A DNA stretch of 64,000 nt from Azolla caroliniana (taxonomy: Eukaryota; Plantae; Polypodiophyta): assembly GCA_043228905.1 (NCBI GenBank), contig JBHGNT010000003.1:7192001-7256000 (forward strand), given 5' to 3'. Position numbers and translations under genes: made by a program. Each line of letters starts with the position of its first letter. Positions within the stretch are counted from its first letter, which is position 1. Positions 27,096 to 39,654 of the stretch are shown here, piece after piece. The notes beneath the pieces are model-generated. The model was not told the DNA's origin. It made no database searches and saw only the letters and a program-made list of their open reading frames with translations.

Positions 27096-30000
27096 CTACA
27101 CTACGACACTCGCCCCCTCCAAACCCGCACATCCTCCGGTATGTGCCGAAGTTCTTGATTCTTCGTATCCGTCTTCATCCGAAGCTTCCTCCGATTCTCC
27201 CCTTATGTCGACTATGAGTTGTAATCCACTTTCTTCGCTTCCCGCATCATTGTGGTCTTCGTCCGATTGCTCCTCGTTGTCGGCCTCGACTTGGATCACA
27301 TAAGGTTTGTCGTCAGTCCGCTTCTTGAAAATCTTCACCCGCTTCCCGGCTATAGGCACTCGTAGTATTGTTCCATCCAACTCGGACAGTCGGTACGTCC
27401 CGTTGTCGAAGACCTTCCGAACCTCGTACGGCCCGAACCACCTTTTCGCGAATTTCCGCATCGTTGTATGTTGATGGTCCAAGCTACTATCATAGACGAT
27501 CACCCAATCTCCTTCTTCAATCTTCCTCGGTCGTAGTCGGTGCTTTGTGTCGAACCGGCTTTTGTTCCGGAACCGTGCTTCGTGTTGTCGGCGTGACGCT
27601 TCCGCTACATCTTTCGGTCTTCCCTCCAGTTGTCGTATCCGGACCGCTAGTAGTTCTTCCCGGCTCATCTCTTCCTTCCACGGTAGTATTGTCCATGTCG
27701 CGATTGCGGTTTCCGTTGGCATTACCGGTGCTTGTCCGGTCATGAGTTCTGCCGGCATGTAACCGGTCACGGAGCTATGCGTCGTCCGATCCGCCCATAG
27801 TGCATACGGAAGCATTTGAGGCCAATCCTTCACCCTTCCGTCGCATGCCTTCGCAAGTGCTTTCACGATTGGACTATGTCCTCGTTCGATCTTCCCGTTG
27901 GCCTCCGGATTGTAGGCCGTTGTCAACGTTAACCGAACTCCATGTTTGGCGAAGAATCCCCTAGCTTTGTCCGAGTCGAGTTCTCCCCGGTCCGCAATCA
28001 CTTGTCCTACGCAGCCGTACCTACAAAACACTTCTTCCAAAAGAAATTGGCACACCGCGGCACACGTTTTCCTCCGAAGCGCTCGACCTTCAACTTGGTT
28101 TGTGAGATCTTCTCGAGCTAACACCAAGTATTTCTTTTGTCCAATCCCGGTCGGCATAGCTACAATGTCGACCATCCACTTGAAGTTGATTGTCGGTGAG
28201 AATGTCGGATGCAGCTCATCTCGGTGTCGGACCCCGGAGTAGACTTGACATTTCTCGCAGCTTTCTGTGAACTCCGCGACATCTTTATACATGTTCTTCC
28301 ACCAATATCTTTGCTTGATTTTCACAAAAGTTGCCCATGTTCCTCGATGTCCAGCCCAATCGGATTCGTGGAACTCGGACATTATCCGGTTTCGTTGCTC
28401 TTTCGTCCCGACTACTCGAAGTGGTATCCCATCCGGTCTTTTCGGCGTCCTCCATATTAAACCGTTTTCCAAGAAGAACTTTTGGACTTGCCTCTTCTTC
28501 CTTCGGATCTCGGCTCTCCTTTCTTTATCATTGGTTGAATCCTCGACCTCTTGTAGCATCTTCCCGATCATCAAGGTTTCCCCCTCGTATTCTTCTTCCC
28601 GGAATTCTCGGATCACGTTCACTCGGCATATGTGTTCTGACGTGAAGTAGTCTTCGGAAACTTCTTCATTATCTGATTCGGTTATGTCGTCTTCAAACCG
28701 CGCCCTCGATAACATGTCCGCTACCGCGTTGTCCTTCCCCGAGATGTGTCGAACCTTCGGATTAAGTGACTTGACATATGCAATCCACCTTAGCATAGCC
28801 ACATCCGGTATCGTACAACACCGCATCATCCCGAGTATCGGAAGACAATCCGTCTCGATCACCACTTCAGCTCCGATCAAATAATCCCGATCCGATTTTA
28901 TCGCCGACACGACTCCCCACAATTCTCTTTTGACTTGTGCATATCCGCGTTGCCTTTCGTTGAGGACCTTTGCTCCAAATCGGATCGGATACCGCGAACC
29001 ATCCGAGTCGGCTTGATTGATGACCCACCCGATACCGGTTGGACTTGTATCAACCGTTACTATGATTGGCCGCTCGTAGCTTGGCTTCTTAAGTGATTCC
29101 GCCCTCCATAGTGTCTTCTTGAGCTTCCTCATGGCTTTAGTGTGTTCCGGTTTCCACTCGAATTTCTTACCTTTCCGCAACAAGTGATAGAGAGGGTCCG
29201 CTATATGTGCATAGTGCGGAATCCATATGTGATAGAATGCACACGCACCCAGAAACCTTCGGACTTCCGATGTTGACTCACATACTTCCTTCATAGCTTG
29301 AATCGCATCGATCTTTGTTGGTGACGGTCTTCGGCCGTAGGGTCCACATAGATGTCCGACCACCAATATTTCTTCTTGCCCGAATGCCGATTTCTCCCCG
29401 GAAAGTGTTAGGTGCACATCTTCTAGCTTTCGCAACACTTTCTCGCAATCATGAATATGGTCGACCACGAACTTTCGGCATCCCCGATCATCCATAGTCT
29501 CATCTTTTTCTTCCACCGCGCATCCTTTCATCGGAATGTCATCTAGAAACGGCATCGTTATCTCCGGGATGCAATCTCGAAGCACCTTGTTCATTGCGTT
29601 CATCATATGTGCAACCGAGTTTGTCGCTCCTTGTGGTAGTGTGCACATTCGAACTAGTCCTATCGGTGTCCGCATGGTAGTGATGTCTCGGCTCTCCACG
29701 GCTAGTTGGAATTGGTCATACCCCGAGTATAGGTCCCCGATGGAGTATATCGCACGTCCGGCAAAAGCTTCCGCGAATTCGTCCACTATCGGACCGACTC
29801 CCGAGTTCCGGATCGTGACCTTGTTCACCGGTTGCAAGTCTTGGATAAATCGGAGTGACCCATTCTTCTTCGGAACCGTAAACCATCGATTTGAGTACGG
29901 AGCACTTGATGGCTCTAGAATCCCCATCGCCACCTTCTCCTTGAGCAAGTCGATGACTTTCGGAATATGCGCCCGTGGCACCGGAATCGGCTTCAGGTTC

Positions 30001-30700
30001 CACGGTACATGATCAATCGTGAAAATCACCATCGGCTCCACTATCTTTGGATCAATGCATCCGATCTCCCTCGATGTGAACGCGAATGCTTTGCCATGTT
30101 GCTCCAACATCTCTCGAAACCGTTTTTCTTCTTCTTGTAAGAGGAACCCACCTCCACCGATCCGAAGTTTCTTCCGGGTCTCATCTGTGAAGGCATGTCC
30201 GATATCCACGGACTTCCGAAGTGTCGGATCTCCCGAGACTTCTTTCTTCTTTTGTTCGCTATCGGCGGGTAGTGGTCCCGCGGCCGGTTTCACCTTCTTC
30301 TCCACGGTCTTGTATTTCGTACTTACCATTGCTTCTTCTTTGCGGAGCGCATCCGGCCCCATTTTCGCAACGATCTCGTACATCTCGACCGATTCCACCG
30401 GGACTACCCGGTTCCCTTGGCTTTTATCTTCCGCAAGCTCTTCAAGCCGTTGTAGTGTATTCCCATAGAACACTTCCTCGATTACTCCCACGATTTCTTC
30501 GTCTTCTTTTATTATTGATGCCGACCGTAACTTATCCTCCACTTGTCGGTATTGTTTCTTCATTCCTCCGGTTACAGCCGTGTACGTAGATGCCCCATCC
30601 GGGCCGATTCGTACTTGTTTTGCTCCGAGAGTTTTCTTCCTGTGTGGGGTATCAGGGCGTCTCGGACTATCACTTCCCCACTCCGCAACAGTCCGCTTTA
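27096..30700 (-). CDS. pol: H ORF2: RT-RNase H-integrase, probably translated by -1 frameshift from ORF1
   Basis: Open frame from the GGATTTT slippery site through the 1155-aa ORF; LPQGATNS, FLDD, VDTS (RNase H), HHCC, DIV..DRG..E integrase, GPY motif; no chromodomain. Confidence 0.9.
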
Positions 30701-32824
30701 AAAATCCATTCTCACTTGGGACAAGAGTTCCCTCTTGTTCCTTTCGTGATTTGCCGGCACTGTTAGGAATTGGACGGATTTCCCTCCGTTTTGGCTCCGA
30801 ATTCGCGCAAAAGCCGCACCACTATCGAGCACCTTCGTCTCCATCCGTGAAGCCGTGATAAAGGGTTGGCCGAGGATGACAGAATGTGAAACCTCATCCT
30901 GCACAAAGAAATTTTGGTCAATTTCGACATCCCCGATCTTTACCGTCACATCCGGACAAGCCGCAAATAGGTCTTCTGTCGTTTTCGTGGCTGCCCGAAT
31001 CTTCCATCCATGGTTGGTGTTTATAGGCCACTTCCCCTTTCGGTAGAACTCCTTGGACATCAAGTTGATCTCCGATCCGTGATCAATCAATGCTAGCACG
31101 GGTTCTTTGATGTTGCCGATTCGGACCGGAGTCTCCGTAGTCGCACGTGCCCAGTGTGGCCTTGTATAGTGGGAGTTCGGAATTTCGCCTTCCACTTCGG
31201 TGTCGTTCATTGAAACGGTATTTGCATTCACCCTTGGAGCATTTTCCTCCGTACTTTGTCTCTTCCTTTTCACGAGATCCACGAGAAGATCGTGAAACTC
31301 CTTCTTCGCTATTCCGAGTAGTTCCCACAGCGAAAAATCTACCCGGCTATCCAAGATTCTTTCCTCGAACACTCTTTTCAAGTCGGTTTGTTGTTCTATG
31401 TCCGAGGCGAGCTTGAATGCCGGAGTCGCCTTTTCTTTTCCCTTACCTCCGGAGTTCCAGCTTTCCGGTATCTTCGATGGTCCGGCCGCATCCTCCGTGC
31501 GCCGTCGTTTCTCGTCCACATACACCTCATGTAATTGACACAGGGCGTATATGCTATTCTTGTCGACAGGGCACTCCCATCCCGTAGCTTCCCGGACGCC
31601 TTCCGCGGTGTTTCGGATATCGTTGGAGTCGGTTTTCTCGGTGTTACCTAGCACCTCCGGCCAGAAAGATGCCTTCGCTCCCGATGACTCCCCGACACAT
31701 ATTCCCGCGGTTGTCGCATAGTTGCTTCTTGCCGCTAACTCCTCCTCGAGCACCTTCTTCATGCCGCCTTTCCGGAAGTTCGGTCGGAGTGGCTTCCGAG
31801 AGTCCATCGAATGAATCCGGTTTCCCTCGTAGTAGATGAGATCCCGTCGTAGCGCCTCCTTATGGTCGTCGCAATCCCTCCGATCGTGTTCGGCGCTATC
31901 GCACCATATGCACCGTCGATCCGTATATTTGGAGCTTGTGGGGCGATCATCCGACTTCTTCACCATCGCGATCTTTAGATTCTCCATCTCCTTCAGCAGC
32001 TGCTCCACCGTAGAGGCGTCGACTCCCTTCTCGGCCGTAGTCTCCCGAGCCCTCGGTTGATGGTCTTCCAGTCCCGTTCTCGGTTTCGGAATCGGTTCCG
32101 AAACCCTCTTTTCTTCGTTGGCAAGCCATTGCCCCCTCTTCGTGTACCGCGCGACGATATCCCGCACGCTTTCCCATGTTTCGGTGAGGCCGCTTTCGGT
32201 GGTCGTGTCCTCAAGAAGCACTCCGAGATCTTTCCGGTCCCGGACGTCCACAGCTCGCAAAAACATGATGACTTTGTCCGGTGCAAGAATAGTTTGATCT
32301 CTCGCGGACAACCTCCCGAACCGACTTTCGAATGTCGAAAACACTTCGAGGACCTTCAGCCCCTTACCTGACGTTTCCACCCAATCCTCGAATCCCCTCC
32401 GCGTTGCCTTGGAGGAGTCCTCGATGGCAAACGTGGTCTTTAACGCCTCTTCGAATGCTTCCCACGTCGGATTTTGTTGTTGCAACCCGTGGATACTCCC
32501 TTGAAGCCCGTCGGTCGCCACCCGGTTAAAGGATGTCACTTGCAGTCCTTCCGAAGCCCGGCACCGGAGCATCTCCGCCTTGTAGTCCTGCAAATATCGC
32601 GACACATCCTTACCATTAAATTGCCCGTTGCGTAGCACGAGCCGCTCTACTGATGCCGAAATCTCCGACATCGTGCGTTGTTCTTGAAGCATCCGTTCGA
32701 ACATCGCCATCATATTGTTAGCTTGTTGAGCCTCCATCTCCTTGCCACCCGTCTTCACGTCGGGTTCACCAACTGTGTTGTGCCTTTCGGCTCCGGATCG
32801 TTGCGTGAGTCGGGTGGGAACCAC
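30698..32824 (-). CDS. gag: H ORF1: Gag (CxxC-x4-H-x4-C knuckle) + aspartic protease
   Basis: Uninterrupted 708-aa ORF; CIWCDSAEHDRRDC; protease ALIDHGSEIN ... ILGQPF; the true start may be a downstream ATG (MEAQQ). Confidence 0.88.
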   Translation of the reverse strand: MVPTRLTQRSGAERHNTVGEPDVKTGGKEMEAQQANNMMAMFERMLQEQRTMSEISASVERLVLRNGQFNGKDVSRYLQDYKAEMLRCRASEGLQVTSFNRVATDGLQGSIHGLQQQNPTWEAFEEALKTTFAIEDSSKATRRGFEDWVETSGKGLKVLEVFSTFESRFGRLSARDQTILAPDKVIMFLRAVDVRDRKDLGVLLEDTTTESGLTETWESVRDIVARYTKRGQWLANEEKRVSEPIPKPRTGLEDHQPRARETTAEKGVDASTVEQLLKEMENLKIAMVKKSDDRPTSSKYTDRRCIWCDSAEHDRRDCDDHKEALRRDLIYYEGNRIHSMDSRKPLRPNFRKGGMKKVLEEELAARSNYATTAGICVGESSGAKASFWPEVLGNTEKTDSNDIRNTAEGVREATGWECPVDKNSIYALCQLHEVYVDEKRRRTEDAAGPSKIPESWNSGGKGKEKATPAFKLASDIEQQTDLKRVFEERILDSRVDFSLWELLGIAKKEFHDLLVDLVKRKRQSTEENAPRVNANTVSMNDTEVEGEIPNSHYTRPHWARATTETPVRIGNIKEPVLALIDHGSEINLMSKEFYRKGKWPINTNHGWKIRAATKTTEDLFAACPDVTVKIGDVEIDQNFFVQDEVSHSVILGQPFITASRMETKVLDSGAAFARIRSQNGGKSVQFLTVPANHERNKRELLSQVRMDF

Positions 32825-35800
32825 AGAGGTCTTGGACTAGGAGAAAGAAGTTCGTGAGATAGAGATTAATTATGAGTAAATAGCAAAGAGAAAGATAAGA
32901 AACTCGTGAATCACACGAGCATACTATATTAATTGGTACTTAGGGTGTTAAGAGAGAAGTAGACGTATAAATCGTGAATCCCACGAATAATTTTTGTATT
33001 GATTAATTCTTAATCCAAAATAATCAACAACCCATTACATATTTCTCTCCTCCTTATATAAGGAAAAAAAAGCTAAGCATGTGATGCTTTTTTATTTCCT
33101 AAGTATAGGGCTCATGCACGCTAGATGTGCATGAGTTATTTTTAGTGTCTCGTGTTTTTTTTTTTTTTTTCTTTTTCATATATTAAAGAAATACACGATT
33201 TACCTTTTAATAAAGGTATGCATAAATAAAGGTCTTATACATATTAAATCTATATTTAAAACACTTAAGATAAGTTAATGTAATGGTAAGGTTGGGGTTT
33301 GTCAACGTGGAGGTGCAGAGTTCGAATCACGCCCTGCGCAGTAGTGAGTATTTCCTTTCTTTTTACATTTATGTCTCTTTATCCGGCTCTTCCTTGCCGG
33401 TATGCCGTTTTCTTCCGGTTCTCACCGAGCACTCCATTCTCTATCCGGAGGGACAAAAATATAATTTCCACATAGTGTGCAACCTACACTACGACACCGC
33501 AACTTGTTCAGACCAAGAGGCTTGGTGAAGATGTCGGCAGCCTGCCGATCCGTCGGAACGTACTGAAGTTCGACTTCACCGGAAAGGACACGCTCACGGA
33601 CGAAATGGTAGTGCACCTCAATGTGCTTGGTCCATGCGTGGAAAAACGGGGTTTTTCGCGAGCTGGATGCTACTGAGGTTGTCGTAGTAGATCGTCGTCG
33701 GATCTGACACCTCCTCTTGCAGGTCCTTAAGTAGCCGCTTCAACCATATGGCTTCGCATGTCGCGACAGCCGCTCCTTGGTACTCAGCTTCGGTGCTCGA
33801 AAGTGCAACTGTGGGCTGCTTCTTACTGCTCCACGCGATCGCGGCACTCCCGAGGGAGAACGCGTATCCGGACGTGGATCGGCGATCAGCGGCATTGCCA
33901 GCCCAATCAGCATCGGTGTAGCCGACTAACTGCGCGGCTACACCAGCCGGATATAGCAGTCCCTGGTCCTTAGTGCCGTTGACATACCGAAGTATGCGTT
34001 GCGCACACTGGAGGTGCTCCTCGGTAGGTCGCGCCATGAACTGACTGATCACTCTGACCGGATAACTGAGGTCGGGTCGGGTGATGGTCAAGTATATGAG
34101 GCTTCCAACAATTTGTCGGAACCTCGTCAGGTCGCATACCTTTCCCGTATCGGGACGAAGCTTGACGGTTCTGTCCAGAGGAGTCGAGACAGACTTACAG
34201 GCAGCCATCCCGAATTTGAAGAGCATACTCAGCACGTAATGACGTTGGCTGATCAATATGCCTTCTGGGGTACGGATCACTTCGATCCTAAGGAAGTAAT
34301 GAAGGTCCCCTAGATCCTTCATGTCGAATGATGCCACAAGCTGGAGCTTCACGCGGTCGATTTCACCTAGGTCGGCGCCGGTGATGACCAAGTCATCAAC
34401 ATATAGTAAAATACTAACCGGTCCGAGTCGACCTTTCCGGATGAACAGGGAAGAGTCCGATTTTGACGTGACGAAGCCCATTCGACGCAGTTGTTGCGTG
34501 ATCTTCGCGTTCCAGGCACGGGGGTTTGCTTTAGTCCGTAAAGGGACTTCTTCAGTCGGCATACTGCCGAGGAGTTTGTTCCAGAGTGAAATCTGGAGGG
34601 TTGTACCATGTACACCTGTTCCTCAAGGTCACCTTGCAGGAACGCATTCTTTACATCCATCTGATGTAAGTGCCACCCCTTCACCGCAGCTACTGCGAGC
34701 AAAACACGGACGGTCGTCATTTTCGCGATCGGCGCAAATGTCTCATCGTAGTCGATGCCGTGTTTCTACATGTAACCTTTTGCCACTAACCGGGCCTTGT
34801 ATCAGTTGACCGAGCCGTCAGTGTTGTACTTGACCTTGTACACCCACCTACATCCGATCGGCTTCACACCCTTTGGTGCGTCAACCAGATCCCAGGTCTC
34901 GTTTTCCGCCAATGCGTGCATCTCTTCCTCCATCGCGGCGCGCCAATTCGCATCCTTCGTCGCTTCTGCGTAGCTCTCCGGCTCACGCACTTCCGCTATA
35001 TGGGTCATGTACGCATAGTGATGCGCCATGTACTCGTTGTATCCGAACCGCAAAACAGGATTCTTCTGGCGGGTAGATCGGCGTAATCTCACATTAGCCG
35101 ATGTCGGGGCCTTCTCGGTCGACGCGGACTTCACCTTTAAAGACTTGTCACCGGTTCCCTCGGAGTCGGACTCGCGTCGGTCTGACTCGTTCCTATCCGT
35201 GCCGGAATCCAACACCTAAGTTCTTCTTCCCTTTCTCTTTGTGCGTAAGCCGTCTCCTCGGCTTCCTGTGCGGGGAATGCACGGCCGAGTCTCCACTACT
35301 CGCCGGCTCTTCATCGGACTGATCGTACCGACTCAGTCGTCCAATCGGTCCAGTTAAACGGAGTGAAATCGGACTCTCTTCGCGGGTCTCGATTTCGGGC
35401 TCATCCGGAGGCATCTCGGCCTCGCTGACCTCATCGTCAGAACACGGATTGGAGTCGGGGTTCGGAGTCGGGGGTTGGTACGAGGACGCGGACTCGTCAA
35501 CCACAACGTCGTGGCTAACACGCGCTTGTTTGGTGCGAGGTTTATAGCACTTATAACCCTTCTGCTCGTCCGAGTAACCGACCAAGATGCATTTCTCGGC
35601 CTTTGTGTCCAGCTTCCTCCTTTTCTCCTTCGGTACATGCACATACGCAATGCTACCGAACACCCTCAAGTGTCGCAAGTTCGGCTTCGTTCCGAAATAT
35701 AGCTCATGCGCCGACACTTTGTCTCCGATCCGATTCTGGATGTATACCGCGGTTCGTACCGCCTCGGCCCAGTAGAACTTGGGCAAGCTCTTCTCCTCCA

Positions 35801-38800
35801 GTATCTACAACTGAATTCGCGCCGAATTCCCATTTGTTGTAGATAACCGTTGAATTGACCAGAAAAGTACTCTTTCCCGCCATCCGACCGCAGGCACTTG
35901 ATCTTTCGTCCCGTTTCCATTTCCACGAACCCTTTGAGGTCCCGGAAACAGTCGAAGACTTCGCTCTTCCTCTCAATGAGGTAGATCCACGTGTGCCGCG
36001 TGTGGTCGTCGATGAAGGAGACGAAATATCGGCTCCCGCCAAGATTAACGTTTTGTGTCGGCCCCCATACATCGGAGTGTATAAGGTCGAGCTTGTTCCG
36101 GCTCCGGTTTCGCTCGTTGGGGAAAGGAAGTGGGTGTTGCTTCCCGAGCTGGCAGGCTTCACAAATTTGTGTCTTTCGGCCACTAAATTTGGGCAATCCG
36201 AACACCAGTTGTTTCGATTGCAGGTCTTGAAGCCGCCGGTAGTTGACGTGGCCTATCCGTTTGTGCCACAAGTCGATGTCCGACTCGGATTTTTGTCCCT
36301 TCGTGAACATTGCGGTGCCGCCGTCAGTGGAATCGAGGATGAACATCCTCCCGTCTTTGCGCCCTTGCGCAATCACACGGCCTTCTTCCTCAATCAGGCA
36401 CCCGAGGTGTGTAAACCGAACCTCCATCCCTTGGTCGACGATCTGTCCGACCGAGACCAAGTTCTTCGTGATTGTCGGAACATGCAGTACGTGGCTAAGG
36501 AAAACTTCTCCGACATTCGCGATCGGATGCAGAGTGTCGTCTCCAGTTGCGACTACTCTAGGTTGTATCGGTTTTTCAAGGTACGAGAACCACTCCTTAT
36601 AGCTCGTCATGTGGTTTGACACGCCGGAGTCTACGTACCACACCTCGTCCGATCTCGGGGTGGTCCGTTTCATTGAGTTTGCTTTGTGTCTCGTCACGAA
36701 GGCAAACCCTTCTCCGGCTCTCCCGGAGTCTTCGGCGTAGTGCGATGGCTGCCGATTTCCCTTGTCGATATGTCCGGAGCCGTTTCCGGAACCGGTTCTC
36801 TCTGAATCGGTGCGCTTCTTCCAGCACTCACTTTCCCTATGGCCTTTCTTGCCACAGTACCAGCACTCCGCGATGGCCTTCCCTTGCCGGTTCTCATCGC
36901 TTCGACTCCCCCTGTTTCCGGAGGGTTCGGAGTTGCTGTCAGCATCACTTCGGTGCCTTCTTCCTTGATCTCGTCGGCCGCCTCCATTGCTCGCCGATTC
37001 GCCTCGTCCTCCACGTCCACGGGGTCTATCTCCCTCCATGTACAACATTCTGCTGTCGGTGTGCGTGCTTGTAGACACACCCGCGTGGTTCTCCTCTACC
37101 AGGAGCATTGATTGTAAGTCGAAAAAGGACGGCGTATTCTCCTGGGTACACACAGCCGTTCGGAACGCTCCGAACTTCGACACCAAACCTTCGAGACAGA
37201 TCTGAACCATCTCGCTCTCCTCGATGTTCACCTCTATGGAGGTGAGGGAGTCGCAGATATCCTTGATCTTCGAGGTATAGTCCGCCACCGACAAGTCGCG
37301 TTGTCGTAGGTTGCTCAACTCCTGTCGGAGCTGGAGCTTCCTGGCTGTGGTGCTTGCGGCGAAAATCTTCTTCAGATTTTCCCATGCACCCTTCAGCGTC
37401 TTTGCATCCCGAACATAGCTCAATAGTTGTTTGCCCACACACGACGCGAAGCAGTATAATACCCTGCTCTCAGATTACTCCCACGACGGGAAGTCTCTGT
37501 GTGTCGATTCGGGTGCCGCGTCATTAGCTCCTTCGACATAACTCCAGTAGCCGTGCCCGAGCAGGTATTGGTGCATCTTGTAGGACCAAGACGCGTAGTT
37601 GGTTCTGTCGAGCTTCTCTGTTGGAAGCGAGCTCGCCATGCCTCTATCCATCGTTCTTCTTGTTCTTCTTCGTCAAGTTGTGTCGGCTGCAGAGAGGTTC
37701 TCAACCCTCACGCTCTGATACCATGTAAAAAGTAACGTGCGGAAGCAAGTATGAAGATGGAACAAAAGGAAGAAAACTCAGGTTTAATGGAGAGCTTGAG
37801 CTTACGCAGTATACGCGGGAGAGACAGAGATAGTGAGAGAGGTAAAAACAAGAACTATATTCAACAGCAGTACTAAATCTCTATTCACCACACTCTATAC
37901 ATATGTGTGTTCAATGAACACTTTTATACAAGTCCTAGAAGGACTGACCGAAGTACTGACAGTACTTCAATGCTCATTAAGAGCTCCTACACTAACTCCC
38001 AAATATATTCCTCACGGAATATCTTTCCTAACGGCCTCCCAGTTTACGCACCAATCCGGCTCTTCCTACGCACCGGTCTGCGTACCGGTTTACGCATTCG
38101 GTCTAACCGATCGGTCCTAACCAATCCGGTCCTCGGCTTGTTCAGCCGATCCGGCCGATGTTGAGCTTGTCTCTCAACAATACTGATGTGTGTTAAGTGG
38201 ACACGAAGTCACATGCAGGATCGCAGTACTTCGTGACGTTTATAGATGACCACAGCCCGAAGCTGTGGGCCACACCGTTGAAGACGAAGGATCAGGTGTT
38301 ATCCGTCTTCAAAGAGCTCCACGCGAGAGTGGAAAGAGAAACTGGCCGGAAGCTGAAGGCGGTTCGAGCAGATAACGGAGGTGAATACCGGGGGCAGTTC
38401 GAGGAGTACTGTCGCTCGAAGGGAATCCGGCTCGAATTTACCATGCCGAAGACGCCGGAACTAAACGGGCTAGCCGAGAGGATGAACCGGACCATAATGG
38501 AGAGTGTCCGGAGTATGCTAGCGCATTCAAAACTACCCAAGAAGTTTTGGGCTGAGGCATTGTCGACGGCGACATATGTGATAAACAGATCACCCTCAGT
38601 ACCCTTGGACGGAGACACGCCACAGAGAGTATGGACCGGTAAGGAAGTGTCCTACCGGCATTTGAAGGTATTCGGGTGTCTCGTGTATGTGCATGTAGCT
38701 AAGGACCGGAGAGGAAAGTTAGATCCAAAGACCCGGCCATGCATATTCCTTGGTTACGGTGACGATGAGTTCGGCTACTGAGTGTGGGACCTGGTTGACA

Positions 38801-39654
38801 AGAAGGTATTCCGGAGTCGAGATATTATCTTCATGGAGGACAAGACACTCGCCGACTTGGAGTCGGAGAAGAAGATAATGAACTCCGAGTCGACCGGTAA
38901 GGATCGAATCTACGATGAACAGACCCAACCGGCAAGAGACCGGTTAGCACTCGAGGAACCAGCCGGTTACGGTGAGGATACAGGACCGGCAGAAGAAGAA
39001 GTAGAGGAAGCCGAAACTGGAACCGGCCAAGACCCCGAATGGGATTCGGATGAAGAGCAAATGGGGGAGCCAGTTACCGAAGCCCAAAGACGAAGATATC
39101 CGCTCAGAGAGAGAAGGGCCCCCCGGAGATTTCTGGATGCAGAGCATGTGTTGTTAACCGATGAGGGGGAGCCAGAAAGCTTCGAAGAAGCGAAGGATGA
39201 CACCCCACAACCGAAAATGGTTAAGTGCCATGCAGGACGAGATGGATTCCCTGCATGAGAACCGTACGAATGAATTGGAGTTTCCGAAAGGAAAGCGGGC
39301 ACTCCGAAATAAGTGGGTCTACAAGTTGAAACCGGGAGATGCTGGCAACACCCGGGATACAAAGCCAGGATCGTGGTGAAGGGGTTCCAACAGAAGAAGG
39401 GCGTGGACTTCGATGAGATATTTGCCCCTGTAGTAAAGATGACCTCCATTCGGACAATGCTGAGAATAGCGACAAGCATAGACCTCGAGGTAGAGCAGTT
39501 GGACGTGAAGACGACATTCCTTCACGGCGACCTCGAAGAGGAGATCTGCATGCAGCAACCGGAAGGATTCGTGGAGAAAGGGAAGGAGCACCTGGTATGC
39601 CGGTTGAAGACGAGCCTGTACGGATTGAAGCAGGCTCCCCGGCAATGGTACCGG

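Larger units (their letters stand above)
26295..33496 (-). mobile_element. Element H: apparently intact, young non-chromoviral Ty3/Gypsy inserted in the E RNase H end
   Basis: Near-identical LTRs 26295-27108 and 32776-33496; 4-bp TSD CCGC; PBS TGGTGAACCCGACGTGA, complementary to the plant tRNA-Trp 3' end; PPT GGAGGGGGCGAG. Confidence 0.94.
25261..38179 (-). mobile_element. Element E: Ty1/Copia (B-related) inserted in the C integrase, interrupted by H
   Basis: LTRs 25261-25716 and 37724-38179; perfect TSD ATACT (25256-60, 38180-84); iMet PBS 37712-37723; polyprotein from ~37639 (CWYCGKKGHRESEC, WYVDSG, LLYVDD, GYTDADW) with frameshifts. Confidence 0.93.
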
